From a virus, in the IMG/VR virus record IMGVR_UViG_3300007513_000009: a DNA stretch of 64,000 nucleotides. One strand, written 5' to 3'. Each line of letters opens with the position of its first letter. The first letter of the stretch is position 1. The position numbers and the translations under genes were made by a program. Under the pieces are notes generated by a model. The model did no database searches and had not been told where the DNA came from. It was given only the letters and a program-made list of their open reading frames with translations. Positions 10,922-21,850 of this stretch are shown here, piece after piece.

Positions 10922-12082
10922 ATGGCATCAGAATTCTATATAACAAATTTGGATTGGGGTGATAATACACCAAAAGATTTTGTAAGTAAACCAAAACTAT
11001 TATATGATGGGATAGATGTATTTAATCATGTATATGAAAAACCTGGATTTTATATTATTAATGCTATAATTTTTCTAAAAGAAACAGGTACATCTTGGGG
11101 TGGTGAAAAAATAAAGTCGTGGGAAAAATTTAAATCAAACATAATAGTTAATCAATCAGATGCATATGATTCTCCATTTTTTCAAAATAAAAACTTTGCT
11201 ATGGTTGGTGGATATAAAGAAAACTCAGCATATTTTAAAACAATGTTAATGCTTGCTGGATATAATATGAATAAAGAATTGAAAATACCGATGGTTGAGT
11301 TAAAGGAATACAATGAATTTGATAAAATAAATATATTGAATACTATTATGAAATTTGATAGTAATCTATATAATATACATTTAGATGATTATACTGATCC
11401 TATTTATGATGGAGAAACTTTAATACATAATAATTATATATCAAAAAAATATGGTGATATATTAAAAACTACAGGTTTGAATAATGTAGATGTTGGTAGT
11501 TGTAAAGTATATAATGGTGTACAACCAATGTGGAAGCAGTTGGGTTTTCAAAATGATGATAGTGGCTTCGATTGGAATAATATAATTCCAAAGGAGTGGA
11601 GTTGGACTGAGAAAGAAGGAATTGAATATGATGTCTTTAGAGAACCAATATCAGGCTCTAAGGCTTTGGTTGATGAGTTTAAAGAATATACCATAGATGA
11701 ATCTGCTACACAAGATTGGGTTAATAATAAATGGCCAGCATTACCTAAAATAAATAAAGTTGGTATTTTTATGAATGATACTGGGAGTGATGGTCATTTT
11801 GTAAATCAGCCAGATAAAAGATTTTATGGGAGTAAATTTTCTTGGGATGGTGATGATATAGTAGCACCAATTACAAATCTAAATGAAGTAGATGATGATT
11901 TAATTTTAGATATTGATTTTAATCAAGATACAGTTGATGATTTGATTGATAGGACATCACAATTTGAAATTATTGGTACTTTTGATTTTATTGTTGGGCT
12001 TGATGATACTATAAGAGTTGAGAAGAAACAAAAAGATAATATTGAGCTGTTAATGAAGAAAAATACTGAACAGGCATTTTAA
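10922..12082 (+). CDS. Baseplate/tail-associated protein with a PKD-like N-terminus; paralogous to the C-terminal part of the next gene
   Basis: DWGD..FNHVYEKPGFY motif; ends in ..EQAF like the next gene; stop overlaps next start (TAATG). Confidence 0.6.
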   Translation: MASEFYITNLDWGDNTPKDFVSKPKLLYDGIDVFNHVYEKPGFYIINAIIFLKETGTSWGGEKIKSWEKFKSNIIVNQSDAYDSPFFQNKNFAMVGGYKENSAYFKTMLMLAGYNMNKELKIPMVELKEYNEFDKINILNTIMKFDSNLYNIHLDDYTDPIYDGETLIHNNYISKKYGDILKTTGLNNVDVGSCKVYNGVQPMWKQLGFQNDDSGFDWNNIIPKEWSWTEKEGIEYDVFREPISGSKALVDEFKEYTIDESATQDWVNNKWPALPKINKVGIFMNDTGSDGHFVNQPDKRFYGSKFSWDGDDIVAPITNLNEVDDDLILDIDFNQDTVDDLIDRTSQFEIIGTFDFIVGLDDTIRVEKKQKDNIELLMKKNTEQAF

Positions 12083-15000
12083 TGGGATTTATAAAATACG
12101 ATAATTTCCCAAATCCTGATAAACCAGGAATTTATCATGATGTAGATGATAAATTAAATGGGATAGGTTTTGATAATTTGGAAGAATTTAGTTTGGGTAA
12201 TTGGGAAGATTACAAAAGTAAAAATGCACAATATTGGATATCTTTAGGATCTATCCCATTTGGATCTGAAACAAGACAAAATGATATATTAGGTTTACAA
12301 AATCCATATCCATATCATCAAAATTTGCCATCTTTACCAGAAGTACACGAAGGATTTGGGTTTGATTATAATATGGGTGCTGATTGGTTTAGAGATACAT
12401 GGATTAAATCTGATACTGAAATGTTTGCTATAAGTAAAAATAAAATTCATCATTATACAAAGCTGGCTGGTTCTGGTTGGGACTCTTCTAATTTAACTGA
12501 AGAATATGCTTTTGATCTGGTTGAAGAATTTGTTCAAACTGAACTTACCAATTTTCACCACACAAGTCTGTATAGCACTAATCTATTAAAACTTAATACG
12601 GTGTGTACTGCTTTTGCTTTTTCTGATGATGGGAATAAATTATTTTTATTGATAGAAACGATGGAACACTTTCTGAATAATAATATTATGGGGGATGCGG
12701 GATATTGGCCTAGACAATGGATATTATTGGAAATTCCATTTAATAATTTTAATCCACCGGCTGAGGGGGCAGGTGTGATTACAACTGGTTGGGGTGCTGG
12801 TACTTTTTATTTTGGCCCATGGGGATTAAATACTCAGACTGAGGGGGATTTGTTTCCATGGATGGAAGTTAATGGTGGGGGTGATATTGACTATCCAAGC
12901 CCTGGAGCATTTTACTCTTCAGCTTTACCAAGCAAACCACATAAAATTAAATTTGGGGATAATGGAAATAAACTTTATATATTATGTGGTGGAACAACCG
13001 GTTGGGAAGTCACCGACGCAGCAGGCGGGGCGTATGATGGTGATAGGAAATATGCTTGTAATGCTGATGCTACTATAATACAAATTGATTTACATAATCC
13101 ATTTGATTTAAATAGAACTGATTTTGTTGGTAACGGCCCATCTCCAGATTTTTTAGATTATCGCAAAGGTGCTGCTGGTACTCCTGAGAATGAGGGGGGA
13201 AATTTAGCCGACCCGAACAATATAGGTGAGCATGGATTAGGGCAGATTGGATACGCGGATAGAATGGTGCCTTTTCTACTAGAAAAAGTAGCCCCATCAG
13301 TTGTTAATCAACAATTTGATGATAGAATTCAGCATGATTTTTATGCATTTCCTGATTGGCATAATGTTTTAAATAGACATTTTCCATTGATGATTTTTGA
13401 ACAAGATAATGAAATGTTTGATAATCCACTTTGGTATTCAACATCAGAAAATTTTCAGACTATCAAAGGTTCTGTTCCGGAAGATGCTTCAGTTGATAAC
13501 TATCATTTTACATATGAGAGTTATACTCAAGGTGATTTTGTAAATGCTAAATTTATTGGAAGAACTCCAGTAGATTTTAATTTTAATGATGATGGATTAA
13601 CTATTAATGTTCTTTTTGCTTCAAAATATTCAACAGCTGAGTCTGACAACGGATTAGTTGATGAATTTGGTTTATGTTCATTTAAATTAAAAACTCCTTG
13701 GGTTGTTAATTACAATCATAATTTCGGAGTAAATAGTACTGATAGTATGTATGGGGGTTGGCAGTGGTGGACGGATAAAAATTGGGTATTCACAAAAAGA
13801 CAAGAAATTTATCAAGAAATTTTAGATTGGGATAGACCTTATTTAGATATAGCTATGCAAGAAGAAACAATAGGAGGATCTGGTTATTCAACAACAAATT
13901 CTCCTATATTAAAATATGATTATGCTGGAAATATATCTTATGGTGGTGTATTCCCTCCAGTGATCTCCAGTGATATTAATATACAGGAAAGTGATTTATT
14001 ATTTGATTTTTATGATGACAAATTACAATTATTTGATGTTCATCCTAATTCAAATTTAATTAAAACTTATATGGATCAAAATATAATTGAAGCTAGTAAA
14101 TTGGGGGGGAATTTAAACTTCCCTTTTTATAATAGAAAAAATACATATGCAGTAAATCATTCACCTGCAACTTATGTGGTTAATGTAGTAAATGTGGAGG
14201 AAGAGCCATTTTTAAATTACAATGTAACATCATCATTATATATGAAAACATCATATCCAGTAGAAGTAAATTTAAATGTAGATTTATATATAGATGGTAC
14301 AGTAGCATCATATCCTAATACTTTAGCAACAGAAAAAACTTATACAGAACATTTTCCAGGTATTGGTGAATATATACATACATATTTAAACGAAAGTGAT
14401 TCTACACTCGAGTGTACTTCAATGAGCGCACAAGAATGTGTTTATAGATATTATGTGCAAGAATGGGGTGATGAAGAAGAAGTATCTAAAGATATACAAT
14501 TAGAAGATCATTATTCAGAATTTTTTATAAGTGGTTCAGAGGGGATTAGTGAGTATGATACTAAAATTTTTGTTTTAAATCAACTTAATAGTAAACCAAT
14601 ACAAGATATATCTAAACATACTTATACAACTTCTGGTATAAAAAGAATTAAACTAATAGTATATAGATATACAGCCGATCAGGAATTTTTAGTTGAAATG
14701 TCATTATTAACAAAAAATATTATAATAAATGATGGAAATATAACAATACAAGATTTTGAAATATTCGGTGGTACAGAGTTTAATTTTTTGCCAGTTAAAG
14801 AGAATCAAGCAATAATTGGTGGATTGAGTGAAGATTCTAAATATATAATAAGTTCAAAAAAAATAAATGAGTATGATTTATACAGTAGAGATGATTATCT
14901 ATCAAAAAATTCTACTGATGATTTTCTAAAAAAATATAATGATGGTATGTTTGGAAAGAATCCTGGCAAAATTGATTTGGGTACTGTGAGAAATTTTAGG

Positions 15001-15306
15001 GGGGTAAAAAGATTGGGTGATATGACTGGAAGTTTTCATGCCACAGGTAGTGGAGAAGATAATAGTTTGATAACCAATATATTTATAGATAAGACTGATA
15101 ACTATTTTAAACGAGAGACTTCATTGGAATTAAATTCACAAAAAAGAGATTTTATAACCTTGAGTAATACAACAGGAACTAATAAAACTGCAGTTCTGAT
15201 TGGCGATTATGAATTGGAAAAGAAAGAAAAAGAAAAACCGATTAGAAAAAAAGGAATTATGAATACACCACAAGTAGAAACAAATATAGATAATCAAGCA
15301 TTTTAA
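12082..15306 (+). CDS. Baseplate/tail-associated protein (propeller-like N-terminus, PKD-like C-terminal region)
   Basis: Repeated F.DDG.KL(F/Y) blade-like motifs; EWGD..HTYTTSG; ends in NQAF; TAATG coupling at both ends. Confidence 0.55.
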   Translation: MGFIKYDNFPNPDKPGIYHDVDDKLNGIGFDNLEEFSLGNWEDYKSKNAQYWISLGSIPFGSETRQNDILGLQNPYPYHQNLPSLPEVHEGFGFDYNMGADWFRDTWIKSDTEMFAISKNKIHHYTKLAGSGWDSSNLTEEYAFDLVEEFVQTELTNFHHTSLYSTNLLKLNTVCTAFAFSDDGNKLFLLIETMEHFLNNNIMGDAGYWPRQWILLEIPFNNFNPPAEGAGVITTGWGAGTFYFGPWGLNTQTEGDLFPWMEVNGGGDIDYPSPGAFYSSALPSKPHKIKFGDNGNKLYILCGGTTGWEVTDAAGGAYDGDRKYACNADATIIQIDLHNPFDLNRTDFVGNGPSPDFLDYRKGAAGTPENEGGNLADPNNIGEHGLGQIGYADRMVPFLLEKVAPSVVNQQFDDRIQHDFYAFPDWHNVLNRHFPLMIFEQDNEMFDNPLWYSTSENFQTIKGSVPEDASVDNYHFTYESYTQGDFVNAKFIGRTPVDFNFNDDGLTINVLFASKYSTAESDNGLVDEFGLCSFKLKTPWVVNYNHNFGVNSTDSMYGGWQWWTDKNWVFTKRQEIYQEILDWDRPYLDIAMQEETIGGSGYSTTNSPILKYDYAGNISYGGVFPPVISSDINIQESDLLFDFYDDKLQLFDVHPNSNLIKTYMDQNIIEASKLGGNLNFPFYNRKNTYAVNHSPATYVVNVVNVEEEPFLNYNVTSSLYMKTSYPVEVNLNVDLYIDGTVASYPNTLATEKTYTEHFPGIGEYIHTYLNESDSTLECTSMSAQECVYRYYVQEWGDEEEVSKDIQLEDHYSEFFISGSEGISEYDTKIFVLNQLNSKPIQDISKHTYTTSGIKRIKLIVYRYTADQEFLVEMSLLTKNIIINDGNITIQDFEIFGGTEFNFLPVKENQAIIGGLSEDSKYIISSKKINEYDLYSRDDYLSKNSTDDFLKKYNDGMFGKNPGKIDLGTVRNFRGVKRLGDMTGSFHATGSGEDNSLITNIFIDKTDNYFKRETSLELNSQKRDFITLSNTTGTNKTAVLIGDYELEKKEKEKPIRKKGIMNTPQVETNIDNQAF

Positions 15307-18300
15307 TGGATATTAAATACACATATAATTCTGATGTTATGTCAGTAATTTCTGGAAGTGAGGCACGCACTTTACCAGTATTTGAACCGGATTTTAAAAT
15401 AAAGTTATCAGTATATAGTAATGGAATTTATCGGGATAGTTTTGTATTAGAAGAAGATAAAGATTATTATATTAAAAGAGGGGGAGAAGATGTCATAATA
15501 TTAAAACCAAATGATAAGCTTGATGAGGGTGGATTTTTTCAAGGTGATTATGAATTACAATATGATTTTATACAAAGAATAGAGGTTGCTACATATATTG
15601 ATGAGGTTTCTTCAACTAGAAAAGAGATAAGAGTAAGAAGTAAAGACGAGGGCGTTGTATCAAATGAATCATTTATTTCAACTACTTATGCTGTATTACA
15701 TGATAATGATGGACAGTATAGATTCGATGGGTTTATTGAATTACCAGATAATGAATATATACCTATAAATTCATTTGCTGAAGATAGGTTTACACATATA
15801 TTTCCGGAAGATTATGAAACCGAAAACTTACAGGGACAACCCAATCCAACTTTAATTTTTAAATTAAATAATCCGTTATCAAATCAAATAGGAAGATTAT
15901 ATCAAGATTTTAAAATTGTAAGAAAATTTCTACCGACACAAACTCAAGAAATATTTTTAGCTGATGTTGAAAGTTTAGCAATAAGAGCTAAAGCATTAGA
16001 AGTAGATGTTAGCGGTGATCCAGAAGAAACTTTGAATGATGTAGGTTATGAATCTTACGGTACAATTACTGGCTCATTTGGTGGAGGAATAATTGATGAT
16101 TTTAAAAGAGATAAAAAAGATTTAAATTTAAATATAGATTATTCTGAATTTAAAAATCATATATATTTCGGATCAGCAGTATCGAAGATAGAAAACTTTA
16201 AAGATAAGGCTGTAGAATTAGAAGGTTTATATAGGAGTTTAACATTTACATTACACCTGAGTAGTAGTGTTGATATAAAAAATAAAAGAAAAAAATTATT
16301 TAAAGATATAAAGGAGATTGAAAGTAATTTTACTTCTTATGAAAGGTTTCTCTATACTGATGGTCAAAATTATTCAACTGCTTCAGCTCCAGGACTTGGT
16401 GTTAATTTAGCTGGAAGTAATTTTGATAATAAGTTTGGATTTGTTACAAGTAGTGTAGATTTTGATGGTTTTGATAAGATACATCATTTTACAAGTTCAA
16501 ATGCTCCATTACATATGTTTACAAATATTTATGATGTAGCAGAACCACCATTTTATAATACTAATAATTGGGTTTATTTATCTTTTATATTAAGTGGTGA
16601 TAGAGCTTCGGATGCAACTTATGATTTGATTACTGAAAACTCATCTTCAAATGTAATATATGGTAATGGATCCTTATCTGAATTTACTTATAATAAGAAT
16701 GTTACTCTACCAGAAGAAGCTGCTAGTGGTTCTACACTCTTAAATCCAACAGCAACTGGTTCTGAATATAAAAGATATATTATTAAAGCTCAACAAAATT
16801 ATTGGAGACCAGTAGAAAATAAAAATATAATTAATATATCCTGGCCTGTTGCTGAACTTAATGAAGATTACGAAATTTTATCGGGCTCAAATGTGATATC
16901 TGCATCAATAAGTGGAAGTGTGGGTGATGGGTTTGCTTATGGTATATTGGATACTTCTGGTCAACATACTCCATATTTTTTTCCAAATCGTGTAGATGAA
17001 AAAGGATTGATGAATCCATTCACAAAAGTTACTGGTTCTGTATTACCACAAGGAGATTTGTTTCCAATAAGAATTAAAGAAAATGGTAATTATGAAACAT
17101 ATGTGAGTGATGTAAGAGTGACTTATAAAGATCCAACAAACACTCATCCATTTTCGCCAATTTATAGACCACCATCTGGTAGTTATGCTGGTTCAACTGA
17201 ATGGAATAGTTGGTATACAGGAACATTAAGTTCGGCTTCACTTTATGATAATGATAATATACATTCATTAGTTAATAATTTACCTTCCTTTTTAAGAGAA
17301 GATAATCAACATAAAACTCTTCGTGATTTTGTAAATATGTTAGGGGAAGAATTTGATTTGTTGAGAAATTATATAGACAATTATTTAAATTTTTATAAAT
17401 TGGGATATAAAAATCCAAATACTGTTCCAAATAATTTATTGCCAGTTATAGCTGATAGTTCTGGTTGGAAATTAATTTCTTCTATGTCAAGTAGTTTGTC
17501 TGATTATATTGAGACAAATAAAACAGAAGAAATAGGGTCAAAAAATGCAATAGATGCAACTTGGAAAAAAATATTAAATAATTTAATTTATATTTACAAA
17601 ACAAAAGGTTCTATAGAATCAATAAAATCATTATTAAATATATATGGTTTTAATGCTGATTCTTTTGGATTAAGAGAATATGGTGGTTCTGTACAAGAAC
17701 ATAATCCAACTGTAATTACAAATGATGCACAAGATTTACTTGATGGATTAGGGGGAACTACTGGAAGTATTACATTTGTTGAAAGTATAAAACCATTTTC
17801 GATGCTAAATGTTAGTTCTGGTTCTGCGAACTTTGGAAATAATAGATTTGGTGTTGATTGGTTTTGCAGTGGTTCTGAACCAAATGGTTTGGAGTTAGTT
17901 TTTAATGCGGAAGAACCGACGAGTAATGTAACACAATCTTTGATGAGATTAAGTGGTTCTAATAATGATTTGTGGAATATAAATTTAATACCAGAACATA
18001 ATACTTCTACAACAAAAGGTAAGATTCAATTTCGATTGAATAGGACAGCGAATGGAAGTGGTACTACACATTTTAGTATGGAGACACCATTAATAGATAA
18101 TTTATTTGGGGATAATATCTATAATTTAATTTTACAAAGAAATTCTGGAAGTGATTTTGAAGATGGATTCCCATTAAGTCAATCTTATCAGATGTTTGTT
18201 GGTAGAAAAGATGATGACGCGATAACCAATTATCACATAGTTAGTATGTCGGTATCTTCATCCATCGGTAATGGTATAAGTAAAGTTATGGCGAAAAGGG

Positions 18301-20063
18301 CTAATAGGAATTTTAGAAATTCAGGTAGTATTGCAGCTGATGGTACAAGATCTCAAAATTTATTAATTGGTGAAACTTTAACTGGTTCAATTGCAGAGGT
18401 TAGGGGTTGGAGTGGTTATTTAAGTTCTTCAAAATTTAAACAACATATTTTGAATTATGAAAGTACGGTTAGTAGTCATATAACAGCTTCTTTTTCTGAT
18501 ATAATATATCGTTATAAATTAAATGAAGGATATATAAATTCAGATACAAATTCTGATTTAGCATCTTTAACTATTAATGATGCAAATCCTTTAAATGTAC
18601 AGGATTATACTCATTTACTTACAACTCAAGATAATTTAAATTTTAGAACTGTAACTACAGAACAGACTTTTTATGTATTTGTTGTTCGTGGTGTTGGTGA
18701 TGTTTTAAATAATAATATGATGAATCTTTATCCTGAATTATATTCTCAAGGAAGTTTAAATCCATTTTTTGATTCTTTGACACAACCTTATGATGGAACT
18801 CCTGGTAGAATTTTTTCAAATAATTTTGGTACAAATTTATCATATGTTAATGCAATAGATTCATTAATTTTTAATATGATTCCTGATTTTAGTTTGGAAA
18901 ATCATATAGGAGATTATGATACAACATTATCTGATATTTATAGAGATTTATTATTATTAAGAAAATCATTAATAGGAAATTCACAGATTACTGTAGATGT
19001 ACAAAGTAATTTAAGTAGCGTAGAAAATTTTGTTAGTTTAATAGATGTTGATGTTCTTGAAGAACTTATGCCGGCTAATACACAATTAAATTTTTCATAT
19101 GATATAATGAATGATGTATTGTATAGAAATAAATTTAAAAATCCAAAATTACAAACTGAATTAAATCCGAATCAAGTTGTTGGTAGTGCAAGTTTTGCTA
19201 AATTAAATATAGAAACATTTCTCAATAATAATGTAAAAAATGCTATTGTTGATGTAACCGATGAAGAGTTAACACTATCATCTACATTAAATAATAATTA
19301 TAAAGAAGGAACTGTTTTGGCGGGAACAGAAGAATTAACTATCAGTTCCACATTAAATGATAAAATTAAATCTGCAGAAATAAAAAGTAATACTATATAT
19401 TCTCTTTCTTCAGAAACAGTTTCCATTAAATCGAATGCAGTTTCATTAAATACTGTAGATTTAACAAATTCATATAGAGAGAATGTTTATGATTTAATAC
19501 CAAGCAATTTCACCAATCTTTTATTAGGTTCAAAGAATGAGTTTTATAAAAATCATGGAAAGGGTCCAAATCAAACTTGGTTTAAATCTGCAAATCCTGG
19601 AACTGGTAGTACTTATAATACTTATCGTTATGAGGATAGATTTACATTTCCAACTATAGGTGATACTGAACTTTATATACCAATAACTGCTAGTAGAACA
19701 ACAGGAGTTAGACAAAAGAATAATAAACATGATGAATTTAAAGATTTTTATAATCGCAATTTTATTGATTCTGGTCAGGGATATAGTTATTTAACTTTAT
19801 ATCAAGAAAATTCTTCAATAGATGGGAGAATGGTTGGTAGAACAAGTTACTTTAGTTCTTCTGAGGGTAATATTTATTATCCATCAAATCATTTTATGAA
19901 CGCAAGAACTAATAAAGATGTTTTGGTTAATTTAATTTACAAAGGAACTCAACACAATGGAACTAATCCAACAAAAGATCCAATGGGTTTAGATACACAA
20001 TTTACTTCATCAGCTTATACAACAACGGTATCTGGTGAAGGTAGAGCTTTGAAAATAACATAA
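15306..20063 (+). CDS. Large baseplate wedge/tail protein (gp7- or P2 gpI-like segment plus a LamG-like region)
   Basis: 1585 aa; SLVNNLP..FVNMLGEEFD..IYIYKTKGSIESIKSLLNIYG resembles the gpI/gp7 'KGT..I..LL..YG' segment; TGSIAEVRGW LamG-type strand. Confidence 0.65.
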   Translation: MDIKYTYNSDVMSVISGSEARTLPVFEPDFKIKLSVYSNGIYRDSFVLEEDKDYYIKRGGEDVIILKPNDKLDEGGFFQGDYELQYDFIQRIEVATYIDEVSSTRKEIRVRSKDEGVVSNESFISTTYAVLHDNDGQYRFDGFIELPDNEYIPINSFAEDRFTHIFPEDYETENLQGQPNPTLIFKLNNPLSNQIGRLYQDFKIVRKFLPTQTQEIFLADVESLAIRAKALEVDVSGDPEETLNDVGYESYGTITGSFGGGIIDDFKRDKKDLNLNIDYSEFKNHIYFGSAVSKIENFKDKAVELEGLYRSLTFTLHLSSSVDIKNKRKKLFKDIKEIESNFTSYERFLYTDGQNYSTASAPGLGVNLAGSNFDNKFGFVTSSVDFDGFDKIHHFTSSNAPLHMFTNIYDVAEPPFYNTNNWVYLSFILSGDRASDATYDLITENSSSNVIYGNGSLSEFTYNKNVTLPEEAASGSTLLNPTATGSEYKRYIIKAQQNYWRPVENKNIINISWPVAELNEDYEILSGSNVISASISGSVGDGFAYGILDTSGQHTPYFFPNRVDEKGLMNPFTKVTGSVLPQGDLFPIRIKENGNYETYVSDVRVTYKDPTNTHPFSPIYRPPSGSYAGSTEWNSWYTGTLSSASLYDNDNIHSLVNNLPSFLREDNQHKTLRDFVNMLGEEFDLLRNYIDNYLNFYKLGYKNPNTVPNNLLPVIADSSGWKLISSMSSSLSDYIETNKTEEIGSKNAIDATWKKILNNLIYIYKTKGSIESIKSLLNIYGFNADSFGLREYGGSVQEHNPTVITNDAQDLLDGLGGTTGSITFVESIKPFSMLNVSSGSANFGNNRFGVDWFCSGSEPNGLELVFNAEEPTSNVTQSLMRLSGSNNDLWNINLIPEHNTSTTKGKIQFRLNRTANGSGTTHFSMETPLIDNLFGDNIYNLILQRNSGSDFEDGFPLSQSYQMFVGRKDDDAITNYHIVSMSVSSSIGNGISKVMAKRANRNFRNSGSIAADGTRSQNLLIGETLTGSIAEVRGWSGYLSSSKFKQHILNYESTVSSHITASFSDIIYRYKLNEGYINSDTNSDLASLTINDANPLNVQDYTHLLTTQDNLNFRTVTTEQTFYVFVVRGVGDVLNNNMMNLYPELYSQGSLNPFFDSLTQPYDGTPGRIFSNNFGTNLSYVNAIDSLIFNMIPDFSLENHIGDYDTTLSDIYRDLLLLRKSLIGNSQITVDVQSNLSSVENFVSLIDVDVLEELMPANTQLNFSYDIMNDVLYRNKFKNPKLQTELNPNQVVGSASFAKLNIETFLNNNVKNAIVDVTDEELTLSSTLNNNYKEGTVLAGTEELTISSTLNDKIKSAEIKSNTIYSLSSETVSIKSNAVSLNTVDLTNSYRENVYDLIPSNFTNLLLGSKNEFYKNHGKGPNQTWFKSANPGTGSTYNTYRYEDRFTFPTIGDTELYIPITASRTTGVRQKNNKHDEFKDFYNRNFIDSGQGYSYLTLYQENSSIDGRMVGRTSYFSSSEGNIYYPSNHFMNARTNKDVLVNLIYKGTQHNGTNPTKDPMGLDTQFTSSAYTTTVSGEGRALKIT

Positions 20064-20088
20064 TAGATATATAAAACTTTTTTTGGAT

Positions 20089-20096
20089 ATATTTAT
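20089..20096 (+). promoter_or_regulatory. ATATTTAT motif, putative phage late promoter
   Basis: Intergenic, 21 nt before the ATG at 20118; the same octamer recurs in most sizeable intergenic gaps. Confidence 0.6.
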
Positions 20097-20117
20097 TAAC
20101 AAACAGGGAAAGATATT

Positions 20118-20756
20118 ATGGGTTTACTTGATAATGATACAGTAATAGTTGACGCTATTTTAACAAAGGCTGGCAGACGGAAATTAGCAGAAGGTCAGCC
20201 AATTGGAATTACACAATTCGCATTCGGTGATACTGGAGTGGATTATACTTTATATAATCCAAATCACCCCGATGGTTCTTCTGCTTATGGTTCAGCAATA
20301 ACTTCATTACCACAAATGGAAGCTGTACCGCATGAGTTGGTTTTTATGAGATCAAAACTTTGGGGAACTGGACAACGAAATGTACAAACTTATTCATATA
20401 TAAATTTACAAAATACTACAGAAACAATTTCAAAAACAAATGCATCAGGTGGAGAAGGGTTTACAAGTCAACCAATTACTATTGTTGCATCTGTTGTGCC
20501 TATAGTACAAAATCCCAGCTATACATTTAGAATTTTAGATGCTAGGGGTTTGATAATAAATGATGATTCTACAATAACTTCTCCTTTTGATAGTCCAGAT
20601 GTTTTTCCTTATCAAGTAAGTGGTCCGGATTTGACTTTGAATGCTAGGGCTGGAGAAATAACTGCACAGAAAGTAATTGGTGTTGAAGTTCGTAGAGATG
20701 GTTCCGCTCCGGCCTTTTGTACTGTAACTATAGAATCAAATACTTCTAATACTTAA
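20118..20756 (+). CDS. Virion structural protein (baseplate/fibre-attachment module)
   Basis: MGLLDNDTVIVDAILTKAGRRKLA..ITQFAFGD.GVDY resembles 'LT..GR..LA..IT.FA.GD' fibre-anchor N-termini. Confidence 0.65.
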   Translation: MGLLDNDTVIVDAILTKAGRRKLAEGQPIGITQFAFGDTGVDYTLYNPNHPDGSSAYGSAITSLPQMEAVPHELVFMRSKLWGTGQRNVQTYSYINLQNTTETISKTNASGGEGFTSQPITIVASVVPIVQNPSYTFRILDARGLIINDDSTITSPFDSPDVFPYQVSGPDLTLNARAGEITAQKVIGVEVRRDGSAPAFCTVTIESNTSNT

Positions 20757-20771
20757 TGAATAGGAATTGAT

Positions 20772-21842
20772 ATGTTAAAAAGTATAAATCCACAAAATGA
20801 TGTAGTGATAACTGAAATTACTGTTACGAATGGTTTTTTTGGAAGTGCTGGTACTGGTACTGTAGCTGCAAATACTATAAAAACTGCTTCTTTATCTGCT
20901 ACACAAAAAGAATATTATTATAATTTACAATATGGTTCCACAGATCATTTTACTGTAGCTTATGGACATATGCGTGGTAGTGGTAGTAATGCTGATGCTG
21001 CAAATGAAGTAGGTTCAACAGAGGCTATATATAAAGGATTTTATAATTTAGTAGAACCATCATCAGATAAATTAAGAGATGGTGCTGGTTGGTTGATAGC
21101 TGATGGTACAGATAGTACAAATCCAGTAACACAATCTGATTGTTATTTTATTGTTGCTGAAAGACTTCAGATGAAAGATAGGTTGAATCCTGGAACTTGG
21201 ACAATATCATTGAGTGGTTCGATAGCAAATGGTACTGGTAAAACTTTAAATTTAACAGATAATAGTGTTAATAATGATCCAGAAGCTCCAGGCTCTCCAT
21301 TTGGTCCAAGATATTCTGTAAAGTCTGGTTCTGCTGGTACATTATATGCTTCAGATACTCGTGAATATGGTAAGTTTTATCCTGATGCTGGATTGGTTGT
21401 ATTGAGTGCAAATGCTCTTTCTTCTTCGTTGCCAGGTAAACCCGCTTATCAACAAGCAGCTGATCCATTTGCTACTTTTGTTGGGGTTGGGGTAAATCCA
21501 GATACTGGAAGTGATGATAATGCAGCCGATAATGCTGGAAAGTTGGCAGCATGTATGATATCTTCTTCACAGACAATGCGTTCAGAAGAACAGCAATATA
21601 TTTATGATTATTTTTGTAGAGCTAGAGCTAATGAATTTAATCTTACTAATAATGTAACATTTTGGAGTGGTTCTCAATATAAAATAAGACATAATGATAT
21701 GGTAGCAAATCCACAAACATATTTAAGTGAAGTTGGATTATATGATAATACAGGAGAATTAATGGCAATTGGAAGAATAAGTTCTCCATTGAATAAAAAC
21801 TTTAGTTCAGAGGCAATCGTTAAAGTACGATTGACTTATTAA
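20772..21842 (+). CDS. Virion structural protein with a fibre-attachment-like C-terminus
   Basis: C-terminal YFCRARANEFN..TYLSEVGLYDNTGELMAIGRISSPLNK..KVRLTY; paralogous to the next gene. Confidence 0.65.
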   Translation: MLKSINPQNDVVITEITVTNGFFGSAGTGTVAANTIKTASLSATQKEYYYNLQYGSTDHFTVAYGHMRGSGSNADAANEVGSTEAIYKGFYNLVEPSSDKLRDGAGWLIADGTDSTNPVTQSDCYFIVAERLQMKDRLNPGTWTISLSGSIANGTGKTLNLTDNSVNNDPEAPGSPFGPRYSVKSGSAGTLYASDTREYGKFYPDAGLVVLSANALSSSLPGKPAYQQAADPFATFVGVGVNPDTGSDDNAADNAGKLAACMISSSQTMRSEEQQYIYDYFCRARANEFNLTNNVTFWSGSQYKIRHNDMVANPQTYLSEVGLYDNTGELMAIGRISSPLNKNFSSEAIVKVRLTY

Positions 21843-21850
21843 GTGATCTT

